A stretch of DNA of 64,000 nt. Source: Planctomycetota bacterium. Its GTDB lineage: Bacteria; Planctomycetota; Planctomycetia; Pirellulales; UBA1268. The stretch's first letter is position 1. Each line of letters starts with the position of its first letter. Both the position numbers and the translations under genes were made by a program. The notes under the pieces were generated by a model. It did not search any database. It saw only the letters and a list, made by a program, of their open reading frames with translations, and was not told where the DNA came from. The stretch is from NCBI GenBank assembly GCA_003670915.1, contig QWQH01000017.1, forward strand, positions 7,845 to 71,844, written 5' to 3'. Below are positions 38,698 through 48,087 of the stretch, piece after piece.

Positions 38698-40635
38698 ATG
38701 CGAGGGTTATTGATGGCAGTTGATATCGATGTTGAACACTGGAGCACGGCCGATGCCGCCGACCTCTACGAAGTGGCCCGTTGGGGCAATGGGTATTTTT
38801 CGGTTGGTTCAAACGGCCATCTGCTCGTGCATCCCGATAAGAATCCTGGCAAGAGCGTCGACCTGAAGTCGCTCGTCGACCGCTTGCAGTTGCGAGGCAT
38901 CGACCTGCCAATCCTGCTGCGTTTTGGTGGAATCCTCCAACACAGGTTGGGTGAGATTCACGGTGCGTTTGCCGCTGCCATGAAGGAAAACGGCTATCGC
39001 GGAGATTATTGCTGCGTCTATCCGGTGAAGGTCAATCAGCAGCGGCAAGTGGTTGAGGAGGTGCTGCAGTTTGGTAAGCCTTACCGCTTTGGCCTCGAGG
39101 CCGGCAGCAAACCAGAGTTGCTTGCGGTGATCGCATTGGCCGACAACGACACACCGATCATCTGTAATGGTTTTAAGGATGCTGAATTCATCGAAACTGC
39201 AATGATGGCCCAAAAGATTGGGCGACACATCATGCCGGTCGTCGAGCGATTCTCGGAATTACAGATGATTCTGGAGTATGCAGAAAAACTGGGGGTGCGT
39301 CCCCGCATCGGCATGCGCGTGAAATTGGCCACCCGAGGCAGCGGTCGCTGGCAGGCTTCCGGCGGATTTCGAAGTAAGTTTGGGCTGACCTCCAGCGAGA
39401 TTCTCAAGGGGCTCGACCTGCTTGCCTCCCGCGGAATGGCAGACTGCTTGCAATTGCTGCACTTCCATCAAGGAAGTCAGATCACCAACATTCGGCACAT
39501 TAAAGCGGCACTCAACGAGGCATCGCGGATGTACGCAGAGTTGGTGAAGCGAGGCGCCGGCCTCCGGTATCTCGATGTTGGAGGCGGATTGGGGGTCGAC
39601 TACGACGGCTCACAGACCAATTTTGAATCGAGCGTAAACTACACCCTGCAGGAGTATGCTAACGACGTTGTCTATCACGTGCAAAATGCATGCGACGAGG
39701 CTGGCGTGCCCCATCCGATAATCGTATCGGAGAGCGGCAGGGCCGTGGTGGCCTATCACAGCATGCTCATCTTTGGTGTGCTCGGAGTTTCGGAGCAGGG
39801 GGGCAACGGCGAACTTGTGGAACCCTCGCCCGATACCGAGCAACCCCTGCACGATTTGTTTGAGACCTGCCAAAACATCAACGTCCGTAATCTTCTGGAG
39901 AGTTACCACGATGCCCAGCAGTCGCTGGATACTGCAATGAGCCTTTTTACAAGTGGGTATCTTCCACTCGATCAGCGTTCGGCCGTCGAAAATCTCTACT
40001 GGGCGATTTGCCGAAAAATATGCAAGCTCTCGAAGCAGTTAGAATTTATGCCAGAGGAATTGGAAGGGCTCGAAGCGGTTCTCTCCGACACATACTTCTG
40101 TAACTTCTCGCTCTTTCAGTCGATTCCGGACAGTTGGGCGATCAAGCAACTCTTTCCTGTTATGCCGATTCATCGACTCAATGAGCGGCCCACTCGCGGC
40201 GCTGTACTGGGAGATGTGACCTGCGACTCTGACGGTAAGATCGATCAGTTTATCGACCGCCGTGATGTCAAACGCACGCTCCCGCTCCATGCGTGGCAGC
40301 AAGATCCCTACTATCTTGGGGCTTTTTTAATCGGTGCCTATCAAGAGATTTTGGGCGATCTCCACAATCTCTTTGGTGATACCAACGCCGTGCACGTCAG
40401 CACCGACGCCAAGGGCGATGTTGTGCTGGATGCCGTGATCAAGGGCGATACCGTGCGAGAAGTGCTCGACTACGTTGAATTCGACCCCAATCAACTCGTG
40501 CAGCGACTGCGAGAGTCGATCGAGCAGGCCGTGCGAGAAGGACGTATCTGCGACGAGCAGGCAGGCAAGTTCCTCAAGTTCTACGAGGAGGGACTGGGCG
40601 GTTACACCTATCTCGAGGAGCCCTCGCAGCGCTAG
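38698..40635 (+). CDS. speA: Biosynthetic arginine decarboxylase
   Basis: WSTADAADLYEVARWGNGYFSV, LLRFGGILQHRLGEIHGAF, YPVKVNQQRQVVEEV and LDVGGGLGVDYDGS match the SpeA layout (645 aa). Confidence 0.93.
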   Translation: MRGLLMAVDIDVEHWSTADAADLYEVARWGNGYFSVGSNGHLLVHPDKNPGKSVDLKSLVDRLQLRGIDLPILLRFGGILQHRLGEIHGAFAAAMKENGYRGDYCCVYPVKVNQQRQVVEEVLQFGKPYRFGLEAGSKPELLAVIALADNDTPIICNGFKDAEFIETAMMAQKIGRHIMPVVERFSELQMILEYAEKLGVRPRIGMRVKLATRGSGRWQASGGFRSKFGLTSSEILKGLDLLASRGMADCLQLLHFHQGSQITNIRHIKAALNEASRMYAELVKRGAGLRYLDVGGGLGVDYDGSQTNFESSVNYTLQEYANDVVYHVQNACDEAGVPHPIIVSESGRAVVAYHSMLIFGVLGVSEQGGNGELVEPSPDTEQPLHDLFETCQNINVRNLLESYHDAQQSLDTAMSLFTSGYLPLDQRSAVENLYWAICRKICKLSKQLEFMPEELEGLEAVLSDTYFCNFSLFQSIPDSWAIKQLFPVMPIHRLNERPTRGAVLGDVTCDSDGKIDQFIDRRDVKRTLPLHAWQQDPYYLGAFLIGAYQEILGDLHNLFGDTNAVHVSTDAKGDVVLDAVIKGDTVREVLDYVEFDPNQLVQRLRESIEQAVREGRICDEQAGKFLKFYEEGLGGYTYLEEPSQR

Positions 40636-40707
40636 CCTAGAAGGTGCCCGTTGCCTTTTCTGAAAAGGTGCGTGTCAGCTTTTTGCCTGTGAAGCGGTGA
40701 TCGACGT

Positions 40708-42747
40708 ATGCATCTGATTCACGTTGGCGGGATTGCCTTAAACCAAACCCCACTCGATTGGGATGGCAATCGTGACCGAATCTTTGAAGCGATGAGCACG
40801 GCTAGGCAGCGTGGATTGAGCGTTGTGTGTCTGCCGGAGTTGTGTATTAGCGGCTACGGCTGCGAAGATGCCTTTGGGTCGCCGGGAGTGCATCGCATGG
40901 CGTGGCGAGTGCTTGAGGAGATTGAGCCGCATACAACGGGATTAGTTGTGGCCCTCGGGCTTCCCGTGCGATTTGAGAGCGGTGTCTATGACTCCGTAGC
41001 GCTGGTGGCCGATGGCCATCTGGCTGGGCTTGTAGCCAAGCAGCATCTGGCGGGCGAAGGCATTCACTATGAGCCACGCTGGTTTCGACCGTGGCCAAAG
41101 GGGCGGCGTGCGGAGTTGGCGATCAGCGCGAGTCCGGGGATTCGTGAGCGAGTGGTGCCGATCGGCGATCTGCGATTTGATTGTGGGGGTATTCGGATCG
41201 GGTTTGAGATTTGTGAGGATGCCTGGGCGGCCGATCGTCCGGGGGCAAGCCTCGCCGCCAGAGGCGTGGATATCATTCTCAATCCATCCGCGAGCCATTT
41301 TGCCTTTGACAAGGACGCCATTCGACAGCGATTTGTGCTGGAGGGCTCGCGGGCTTTCTGTGCGACGTACGTCTATGCGAATTTGCTTGGCAACGAGGCC
41401 GGTCGTGCCATCTACGACGGCGGGGTGCTCATCGCTACCGGTGGAAGGATGGTGGCCGCTGGCAGGCGGTTTGGCTTTGGCGACCAGCTATGCACAAGCG
41501 CTGTGGTTGATATTGATGCCCTGCGGCAGTCGCAGTCACGGCTTGTACCCGTGGCTGTTGCACCGGCACAAGCCACCGACTGCATTCCTGTGGCGTGTGT
41601 GTTCCCATCGCTTTTGCCGAGCCACAGTGCACAAGGACAGGCGGGCCGCGACAGGTGGGAGCGAGGCGACTGCGTTCAGGAGGAGGAATTTGCTCGAGCC
41701 GTGTCACTGGGGCTTTTCGACTCACTGCGGAAGAGTTGCTCGGGTGGGTTTGTGGTATCGACCAGCGGTGGTTGTGACTCGTCGGCGGTGGCCTGTTTGA
41801 TTGCAATTGGCATGCGACTGGCATCCTTAGAGATGCCCGTCACCGAGGTGGCTCAGCGATTAGGACTGCAGTTAAGGAGTCCATCGATGGAGTCGCTCCT
41901 TCACGCAGTGCTCGTGTGCGTGTACCAAGCGACGGCCAACTCCGGGCCCGTAACTCGCCGGGCAGCCGAGGAACTGGCCCATGCACTCGGGGCGGAGTTT
42001 CACGCATTTGATGTTGAAGAAATTGTGCGACGCTACGAACAAATTGTCTCGCACGCAATTGGTCGGCCACTGACATGGGCCGAAGACGACGTAGCCTTGC
42101 AGAACATTCAAGCCCGCGTGCGATCCCCAGGCGTGTGGATGTTGGCCAACCTGCGCAACGCTCTGCTTATTTCCACGAGCAATCGCTCTGAAGTAGCAGT
42201 AGGCTACGCCACCATGGATGGCGACACCTCCGGAGGGATCGCGCCACTCGCCGGTATCGACAAGGCGTATTTGCGACGCTGGCTTCGCTGGCTGGAGACG
42301 ATTGGTCCTGAGGGAGTCGGGCCGATTCCGGCGCTCTCGGTGGTCAATGCACAGGCACCGACAGCCGAACTGCGACCAGACGCCGCTGGCCAGACGGATG
42401 AAGCAGATCTCATGCCCTACGACGTGCTTGATGCAGTTGAACGCTTTGCGGTTCGCGACAAGCAGACGCCGCTGGAAGCATGGCAGCGTTTGAGAGTTGA
42501 TTTCCCCCAGCACACCCCCAAGCAACTCGCGGTGTGGACGGAGCGATTTTTCAGGCTATGGAGCCGGAATCAGTGGAAACGCGAGCGTTATGCCCCATCG
42601 TTCCACGTGGACGACGAGAACCTCGACCCAAAAACATGGTGTCGATTCCCAATCCTCTCCGGGGGTTTTGCGCGCGAACTCGCCGAGTTGCGGGCGGCAG
42701 CGACTGCACCTGTGGAAGGCTTCGGCACTCCTGCAGTCGACTCCTGA
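40708..42747 (+). CDS. nadE: Glutamine-dependent NAD+ synthetase (long form, CN-hydrolase + synthetase domains)
   Basis: VVCLPELCISGYGCEDAF and GFEICEDAW (nitrilase-type E-K-C), then VVSTSGGCDSS (PP-loop SGGxDS). 679 aa. Confidence 0.92.
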   Translation: MHLIHVGGIALNQTPLDWDGNRDRIFEAMSTARQRGLSVVCLPELCISGYGCEDAFGSPGVHRMAWRVLEEIEPHTTGLVVALGLPVRFESGVYDSVALVADGHLAGLVAKQHLAGEGIHYEPRWFRPWPKGRRAELAISASPGIRERVVPIGDLRFDCGGIRIGFEICEDAWAADRPGASLAARGVDIILNPSASHFAFDKDAIRQRFVLEGSRAFCATYVYANLLGNEAGRAIYDGGVLIATGGRMVAAGRRFGFGDQLCTSAVVDIDALRQSQSRLVPVAVAPAQATDCIPVACVFPSLLPSHSAQGQAGRDRWERGDCVQEEEFARAVSLGLFDSLRKSCSGGFVVSTSGGCDSSAVACLIAIGMRLASLEMPVTEVAQRLGLQLRSPSMESLLHAVLVCVYQATANSGPVTRRAAEELAHALGAEFHAFDVEEIVRRYEQIVSHAIGRPLTWAEDDVALQNIQARVRSPGVWMLANLRNALLISTSNRSEVAVGYATMDGDTSGGIAPLAGIDKAYLRRWLRWLETIGPEGVGPIPALSVVNAQAPTAELRPDAAGQTDEADLMPYDVLDAVERFAVRDKQTPLEAWQRLRVDFPQHTPKQLAVWTERFFRLWSRNQWKRERYAPSFHVDDENLDPKTWCRFPILSGGFARELAELRAAATAPVEGFGTPAVDS

Positions 42748-42764
42748 CAGCAAGGCGTGGCCGA

Positions 42765-43757
42765 TCAGCCTGCCACGACTGCCTCCAGTGGCTCACCTTG
42801 CTGGAAGTGCATGAGATTACGCACAGTCTGTGTGGCGATTGCATCCATCGCGTTTTTTGTGAAGAAGGCTTGGTGCGCCGTGACGACAACATTCGGGAAC
42901 GTGAGCAGTCGCATGAACATATCGTCTTGGATCACAGAGCTACTTCGATCGTCGAAGAAGAGATCGGCTTCCTCCTCGTAGACATCCAGCCCAAGGTGGC
43001 CAATCTGGCCGCTTTTCAGCGATTGGATAACGGAAGCTGTGTCAATGAGTCCGCCGCGGCTGGTGTTGATGAGCATCACGCCATGCTGCATACAAGCGAT
43101 CCGCTCGGCATTGATCATATGGTAGGTAGCCGGCGTGAGTGGGCAGTGGAGCGTCACGATATGAGACTCCGCTAGAAGCTGTCCAAGCGGCACGGAGGCA
43201 ACGCCCCTGGCCCCAAGGGTTGCATCGGGGTGTGGATCGTGGGCCAGAATGCGACAGCCAAATCCAAGGAAGATCTCAGCCACACAACGGCCGATGCGGC
43301 CCATGCCAATGACGCCCACGGTGCGGCCAAAGAGATCAAATCCAAGAAGTCCTTCGAGCGCAAAGTTGCCGTCGCGAACCCGGTTCAATGCTTTATGGAG
43401 ATTGCGGTTGAGTGTCAGCACCAAAGCGACGGTATGCTCTGCCACCGCATGGGGCGAATACTCGGGCACCCGTACGATCGGGATCGAAAGTCTAGCAGCT
43501 GCGGCACAGTCGACTTGATTGAATCCGGCACATCGCAGCGTGACGAGCTTGATGCCTAGTTGCGACAGTTGGTCCAGTGTCGCGGCATCGAGTTGATCGT
43601 TCACAAAACAGCTCACCGCCATTGCCCCCGCTGCGAGCGACGCCGTGTCGGCCCCCAGATGCGCCTCGTGCCATCGCCACTCAATGCCAGTGCCTCTCGA
43701 CGCGGCGAGCAGAGCGTCTCGGTCGTAGGGTTTGGTTGAAAATACAGCAACGAGCAT
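42765..43757 (-). CDS. D-isomer-specific 2-hydroxyacid dehydrogenase (D-lactate dehydrogenase-like)
   Basis: RCAGFNQVD, GVIGMGRIGRCVAEIF (GxGxxG), LINTSRGGLID, and VVVTAHQAFFT (catalytic His). Confidence 0.9.
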   Translation of the reverse strand: MLVAVFSTKPYDRDALLAASRGTGIEWRWHEAHLGADTASLAAGAMAVSCFVNDQLDAATLDQLSQLGIKLVTLRCAGFNQVDCAAAARLSIPIVRVPEYSPHAVAEHTVALVLTLNRNLHKALNRVRDGNFALEGLLGFDLFGRTVGVIGMGRIGRCVAEIFLGFGCRILAHDPHPDATLGARGVASVPLGQLLAESHIVTLHCPLTPATYHMINAERIACMQHGVMLINTSRGGLIDTASVIQSLKSGQIGHLGLDVYEEEADLFFDDRSSSVIQDDMFMRLLTFPNVVVTAHQAFFTKNAMDAIATQTVRNLMHFQQGEPLEAVVAG

Positions 43758-43981
43758 GGGTTCTTCTCCTGGTTGGTGGGGCTGTATGGCAGTGCGGATG
43801 CCACACGCGGTCGGAGAGACCTTGGCACAAAGTCCCAGCCAGAAGTCTATTGCAATATATAGGCTGCGTCTTTTGCGGTATTTCTGGCTTCTCCAGAAGT
43901 CAGAAAACGGCCTCGCTCTCGAGTGGCGACAGTGCTACAGTTCCGCTGTCACTTTCCGGAGTCCAACACGTGCCACACAGC

Positions 43982-44893
43982 ATGTATTTAAGCGATCAAC
44001 TGCGATGGTCCACGGCACGCATCCTGGCCGCGGGCGTGCTGCTTCTATCCTGCGTCCTGACATCCCCCAGCGATGCGCAGTCAGTTGTGCCGGCGCAGCC
44101 AGCGATGGCACTCTCGCCGGAGGCGGCCGCAGCACTCGAACGGTTGCTGGCTGCGTGGGAGACTCGCAACGCATCCGTCACAACGTGGTCGTGTGGATTC
44201 TATAAGTGGGAGTACAACGCTTGGAGTCCAGCCGATACCGCTGGTGAACGGCTGGCATTCTCGGAGAGCACGGGCGAAATTAAGTATGCTGCCCCAGACA
44301 AGGGCCTCTTTCGCGTGAAGGAATCAAAGCAGTGGAATGGGGAGAACAAGCGGTACGAAACGCGGGTTGGTGAAGCCGGGGAACACTGGGTCTGCAATGG
44401 CACCAGCATTTATGAATTCCGGCATAGCGAGCGACAACTCCGCGAGACAAAGCTGCCCCCGGAAATGCAAGGCAAGGCCATCAGTGATGGACCTCTGCCT
44501 TTTGTCTTTGGTGCAAAGGCCGAGACGCTCAAAAAACGCTATAGGATGCGGATCATCACGCCGCCCGGTGTAGCCGACCAGATCTGGCTCGAGGCACAGC
44601 CTCGGCTGCAAGCAGACGGAGCGAACTTTTCCAAAGTGGAGTTGATTCTGCAAGCACGCGATCTCATGCCATTTGCCATGCAAATCTATAAGCCTGGCGG
44701 ACAGGATCGCGACGTCTATCAGTTCGACCCCCGTACGAATCTCATTGATAAGGGGCTCGATATGATTCGCGACTTCTCGAGACCGATGACACCGCTGGGG
44801 TATACATTTATTCTCGAGGACATGTCGGCCCCACCAGCACCAACCGCATCGCAGCAGCCCACCGGCCCGCCGCCCTTGCCTCGTGCTGGTTAA
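43982..44893 (+). CDS. Secreted hypothetical protein (planctomycete-restricted type; LolA-like fold is only a guess)
   Basis: The internal ATG at 43982 of ORF 43577..44893 gives a signal peptide MYLSDQLRWSTARILAAGVLLLSCVLTSPSDAQS. The upstream part of the ORF is antisense to the dehydrogenase gene. The C-terminal tail is Pro-rich. Confidence 0.6.
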   Translation: MYLSDQLRWSTARILAAGVLLLSCVLTSPSDAQSVVPAQPAMALSPEAAAALERLLAAWETRNASVTTWSCGFYKWEYNAWSPADTAGERLAFSESTGEIKYAAPDKGLFRVKESKQWNGENKRYETRVGEAGEHWVCNGTSIYEFRHSERQLRETKLPPEMQGKAISDGPLPFVFGAKAETLKKRYRMRIITPPGVADQIWLEAQPRLQADGANFSKVELILQARDLMPFAMQIYKPGGQDRDVYQFDPRTNLIDKGLDMIRDFSRPMTPLGYTFILEDMSAPPAPTASQQPTGPPPLPRAG

Positions 44894-45085
44894 GCGGTTC
44901 GACCTCTCAGCCAACGGGCGGTTCCTCGCTCCGCGGCATCACCCCACGGGGGCACGTTTTCTTCGCCTTCTTGACCGAGAGTCACCGTTTCATCGACCCA
45001 TGTACCTATGCAAAATGGGGTGGGTGTGTTCCGTTTGTGATGCGTTATACTAAAGCCGGTTTCCGTCACCCGCTGCGAGATTGCG

Positions 45086-45610
45086 ATGGCGCTCGTCGAC
45101 CCTGCTCATCCATTGGGCCAATTACTGATTCGCGATCAACGATATAGGCTGGATGCCTATCTCTTTGTGTTAGAAGCGCTGACCTTTGCGCATGACACGC
45201 TGGGGCTTGGAGAGGAGCCTCCTCTTGAAGACATCGAACCCACTCGAGGTGGGCAGACGCCGTCGAACGAAAAGCCAACCGCTGCCGGCAAGTCACTCCC
45301 AGGCAAGCCGCTGGCTCGCAAATCCAGACGGAAGCCGATTGAGCGGCATCTCACGGGGCAACAACTCTGCGAAGCAGCCAAGCAGTACGCACTGCAGCAA
45401 TATGGCTATCTCGCCCGCATAGTGCTCGGTACCTGGGGCGTTCACAGCACCGCTGATCTGGGAGAGATCGTCTTCAACATGATTGAGATCGGGCAGATGC
45501 GCAAGACCCGCAGAGATAAGCGGGAGGACTTCCATAACGTCTACGACTTTCAGGAAGCGTTTGTGCACGGACTGTCGTTTGTGGTTCCAGAGAGTGTCTC
45601 AAGTGGGTGA
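45086..45610 (+). CDS. Minf_1886-type conserved protein (Planctomycetes/Verrucomicrobia-restricted family)
   Basis: YRLDAYLFVLEALTFAHDTLG...HLTGQQLCEAAKQYALQQYGYLARIVLGTWGVHSTADLGEIVFNMIEIGQMRKTRRDKREDFHNVYDFQEAF matches my memory of that family. A low-complexity insert separates the two halves. Confidence 0.6.
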   Translation: MALVDPAHPLGQLLIRDQRYRLDAYLFVLEALTFAHDTLGLGEEPPLEDIEPTRGGQTPSNEKPTAAGKSLPGKPLARKSRRKPIERHLTGQQLCEAAKQYALQQYGYLARIVLGTWGVHSTADLGEIVFNMIEIGQMRKTRRDKREDFHNVYDFQEAFVHGLSFVVPESVSSG

Positions 45611-45773
45611 CGATCCGTCCGCGGGATCTCAATCGGCGTTAGAATTGGGCCGCGAGTGGCTGTGGTTTGTCGCTGTGTTGTCATTGGAAATGAGCTGGCT
45701 CTTCTTTTTGTTCTGGCTCGTGCTTAGGCGGTAGCAGGCTCGACTGAAAAAGATGTAGACGAGCATCCAAAAA

Positions 45774-46490
45774 GTGGCAGAGAGAAATGATTCACGAATG
45801 ATACGTATGTTTCCCGATCCGTTGCCGGCGTGGATTGCCTTGGTGCCGCTGGGCCTCTACCTGCTGGGTTTGGGCTGGGCGCATCTGCGTCGCAGGCCGC
45901 TTGTAGTGTCGGGAATGTGGGATGGGATTCTGCTCGGTTCGAGTGTGGCCGGGTTGGCATTGGTAGGGCCGCTGGCTCTCATGCGTCCTGCTGCAGGCAA
46001 CTCACTTTGGAGTTGGCCGATCGTACTGCTGCTATTTGGACTCTTGATTTCGCTGTGCGTTCTCGTGTCTCGACCAAGGGTCGTTGTGTACAATATCACG
46101 GTCGATCAACTGCGGCCGCTGGTGGCTGAAATTGTTTCGTCGCTGGATCCGGCGGCACGATGGGCTGGCGAGAGTGCAGGGCTCCCGACTCGCGGTCTTC
46201 AACTTCAGATTGATGGCAACGGATCGATGCGAAGCGTGAGCGTGGTGGCTGTGGGCGAACGCATGTCGGTTGAAAGCTGGAGCGAATTCAGCCGGCGACT
46301 TCGGCAGTCTGTTCCAAAACTTCGCGTTCGATCAAGCCCATGGGGGCCTGTTTTTGCGGCCATCGGTGCGGTGCTCATTGCGGCTGCCGCTTGGGATGCT
46401 TATCAGACGCTCGCCCAATCGTCCCAGAATGATCCACACAATCTTCCGAGAGATTCCGATGATGGTGCACGTCGATTTGTCGGCGCATGA
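45774..46490 (+). CDS. Hypothetical integral membrane protein (3 TM + ~100-aa loop domain + 1 TM)
   Basis: Hydrophobic helices are LPAWIALVPLGLYLLGLGW, GILLGSSVAGLALVGPLAL, WPIVLLLFGLLISLCVLV and PVFAAIGAVLIAAAAW. The start could be GTG 45774 or ATG 45798. Confidence 0.55.
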   Translation: MAERNDSRMIRMFPDPLPAWIALVPLGLYLLGLGWAHLRRRPLVVSGMWDGILLGSSVAGLALVGPLALMRPAAGNSLWSWPIVLLLFGLLISLCVLVSRPRVVVYNITVDQLRPLVAEIVSSLDPAARWAGESAGLPTRGLQLQIDGNGSMRSVSVVAVGERMSVESWSEFSRRLRQSVPKLRVRSSPWGPVFAAIGAVLIAAAAWDAYQTLAQSSQNDPHNLPRDSDDGARRFVGA

Positions 46491-48087
46491 GATCAATGGT
46501 CCCGTTGTAGTGCGCAATGCCCCCCCGGCCCGCCTCTACGAAGATGCAGTCACTCGCGAGCGGGCAGGAATTGTTTCGAGCGGAGCAATCGCGATTTGTT
46601 CGGGCACAAAAACTGGCCGTAGTCCAAATGACAAGCATGTAGTGTGTCATCCGGATTCTCAGCAGGATGTGTGGTGGGGGCCTGTCAATCACCCGATTGA
46701 TGAGCACACATTTCTCCTCAACCGTCAGCGGGCAATCGACTACCTCAATACGCGCGACCAGGTCTATGTGTGCGACGGATTTGCTGGCTGGGACCCGCGG
46801 TGTCGGCTCAAGATTCGCGTCATATGTGCCCGTGCCTACCATGCTCTCTACATGCACAACATGCTCATTCGGCCTTCGGCCGATGAGTTGGAGCGGTTTG
46901 GCTCGCCCGATTATGTGATTTATAACGCAGGTCAGTTTCCTGCGAATTCGCTCACAGCCCAGATGACAAGTCGCACGAGCATTGATCTCTCGCTCGAACG
47001 CCGCGAGCAGGTAATCCTTGGCACGGAATATGCTGGCGAGATGAAGAAAGGCGTGTTCACAATCATGCACTGGCTGCTGCCTTCGCTCGGCGTGCTTTCG
47101 ATGCATTGTGCCGCGAATGAGTGGGCCTCGAATGAAGGCGTTGCCACGGAATCACTCGGTGGGCAGGCAGGCGATGTGTCGCTCTTTTTTGGTCTTTCCG
47201 GAACGGGAAAAACAACGCTCTCGGCCGATCCATTGCGTCGGCTCATCGGTGATGACGAACACGGGTGGAGTGATACAGGCGTTTTTAACATCGAAGGTGG
47301 CTGTTATGCAAAGTGCATCCATCTTTCGGCCCGGAAGGAGCCCGAGATCTATGCAGCAATTCGCTTTGGTACTGTTCTGGAGAATGTCGCCTACGACTCG
47401 ACCACGCGCCTCGTTGACTTTGAGTCAGGCGAGATCACCGAAAACACGCGAGCGGCCTACCCGATCGACTATATTCAGAATGCTCAAGTGCCGTGCGTTG
47501 CAGGCCATCCGCGGCACGTGATTTTTCTCACATGCGATGCCTCCGGTGTGCTACCGCCGGTGAGCCGACTGTCTCACGAGCAGGCGATGTATCACTTTCT
47601 TTCGGGCTACACGGCCCGCGTGGCTGGCACGGAGGTGGGTGTGGTCGAACCACAGGTGGCGTTTTCGGCCTGTTTTAGCGCTGCTTTTCTGGTGCGACAC
47701 CCCACCGTATATGCACAACTCTTGGCTGATAAACTCAAGCGACACGGCGCGCAGGCGTGGCTTGTGAACACAGGTTGGACCGGAGGCGCTTACGGTCAGG
47801 GACGGCGGATCGATTTAGCCGTGACCCGTCGAATTATTGATGCCATCCACTCATCGTCGCTTGATGCAGCAACCGTTGTGCGGGATTCAGTGTTTGGGCT
47901 TGATGCCGTGACGCATGTACAAGGTGTAGACGATCGCGTGCTTGTGCCACATCTGGCATGGGCCGACCGAGTGGCATGGGAACGTGCGGCTCGCGTGTTG
48001 GCTGAAAAATTTCGAGCTAACTTTGCGCCCTATGCTGAGCAGGCTGGCCCGGCAGTCGTGGCGGCTGGGCCGACGGCTGTAGCTTGA
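46459..48087 (+). CDS. pckA: Phosphoenolpyruvate carboxykinase (ATP)
   Basis: The internal ATG at 46459 gives MMVHVDLSAHEING...TGRSPNDKHVV...FFGLSGTGKTTLSADP (kinase-1a)...IGDDEHGW...VNTGWTGG..., with a C-terminus AVVAAGP like other PckA proteins. Confidence 0.93.
   Translation: MMVHVDLSAHEINGPVVVRNAPPARLYEDAVTRERAGIVSSGAIAICSGTKTGRSPNDKHVVCHPDSQQDVWWGPVNHPIDEHTFLLNRQRAIDYLNTRDQVYVCDGFAGWDPRCRLKIRVICARAYHALYMHNMLIRPSADELERFGSPDYVIYNAGQFPANSLTAQMTSRTSIDLSLERREQVILGTEYAGEMKKGVFTIMHWLLPSLGVLSMHCAANEWASNEGVATESLGGQAGDVSLFFGLSGTGKTTLSADPLRRLIGDDEHGWSDTGVFNIEGGCYAKCIHLSARKEPEIYAAIRFGTVLENVAYDSTTRLVDFESGEITENTRAAYPIDYIQNAQVPCVAGHPRHVIFLTCDASGVLPPVSRLSHEQAMYHFLSGYTARVAGTEVGVVEPQVAFSACFSAAFLVRHPTVYAQLLADKLKRHGAQAWLVNTGWTGGAYGQGRRIDLAVTRRIIDAIHSSSLDAATVVRDSVFGLDAVTHVQGVDDRVLVPHLAWADRVAWERAARVLAEKFRANFAPYAEQAGPAVVAAGPTAVA

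Noticed and set aside
42534-43175. 213-codon plus-strand ORF after nadE
   Set aside because: It is antisense to the 2-hydroxyacid dehydrogenase gene, which carries clear NAD-binding and catalytic motifs.
44896-44904. GGTTCGACC T-loop-like string just after the secreted-protein gene
   Set aside because: The flanking sequence cannot be folded into acceptor, D and anticodon arms. I found no tRNA cloverleaf here or in any other spacer I inspected.
46375-47106. 243-codon minus-strand ORF
   Set aside because: It is antisense to pckA (kinase-1a motif and full-length conservation on the plus strand).
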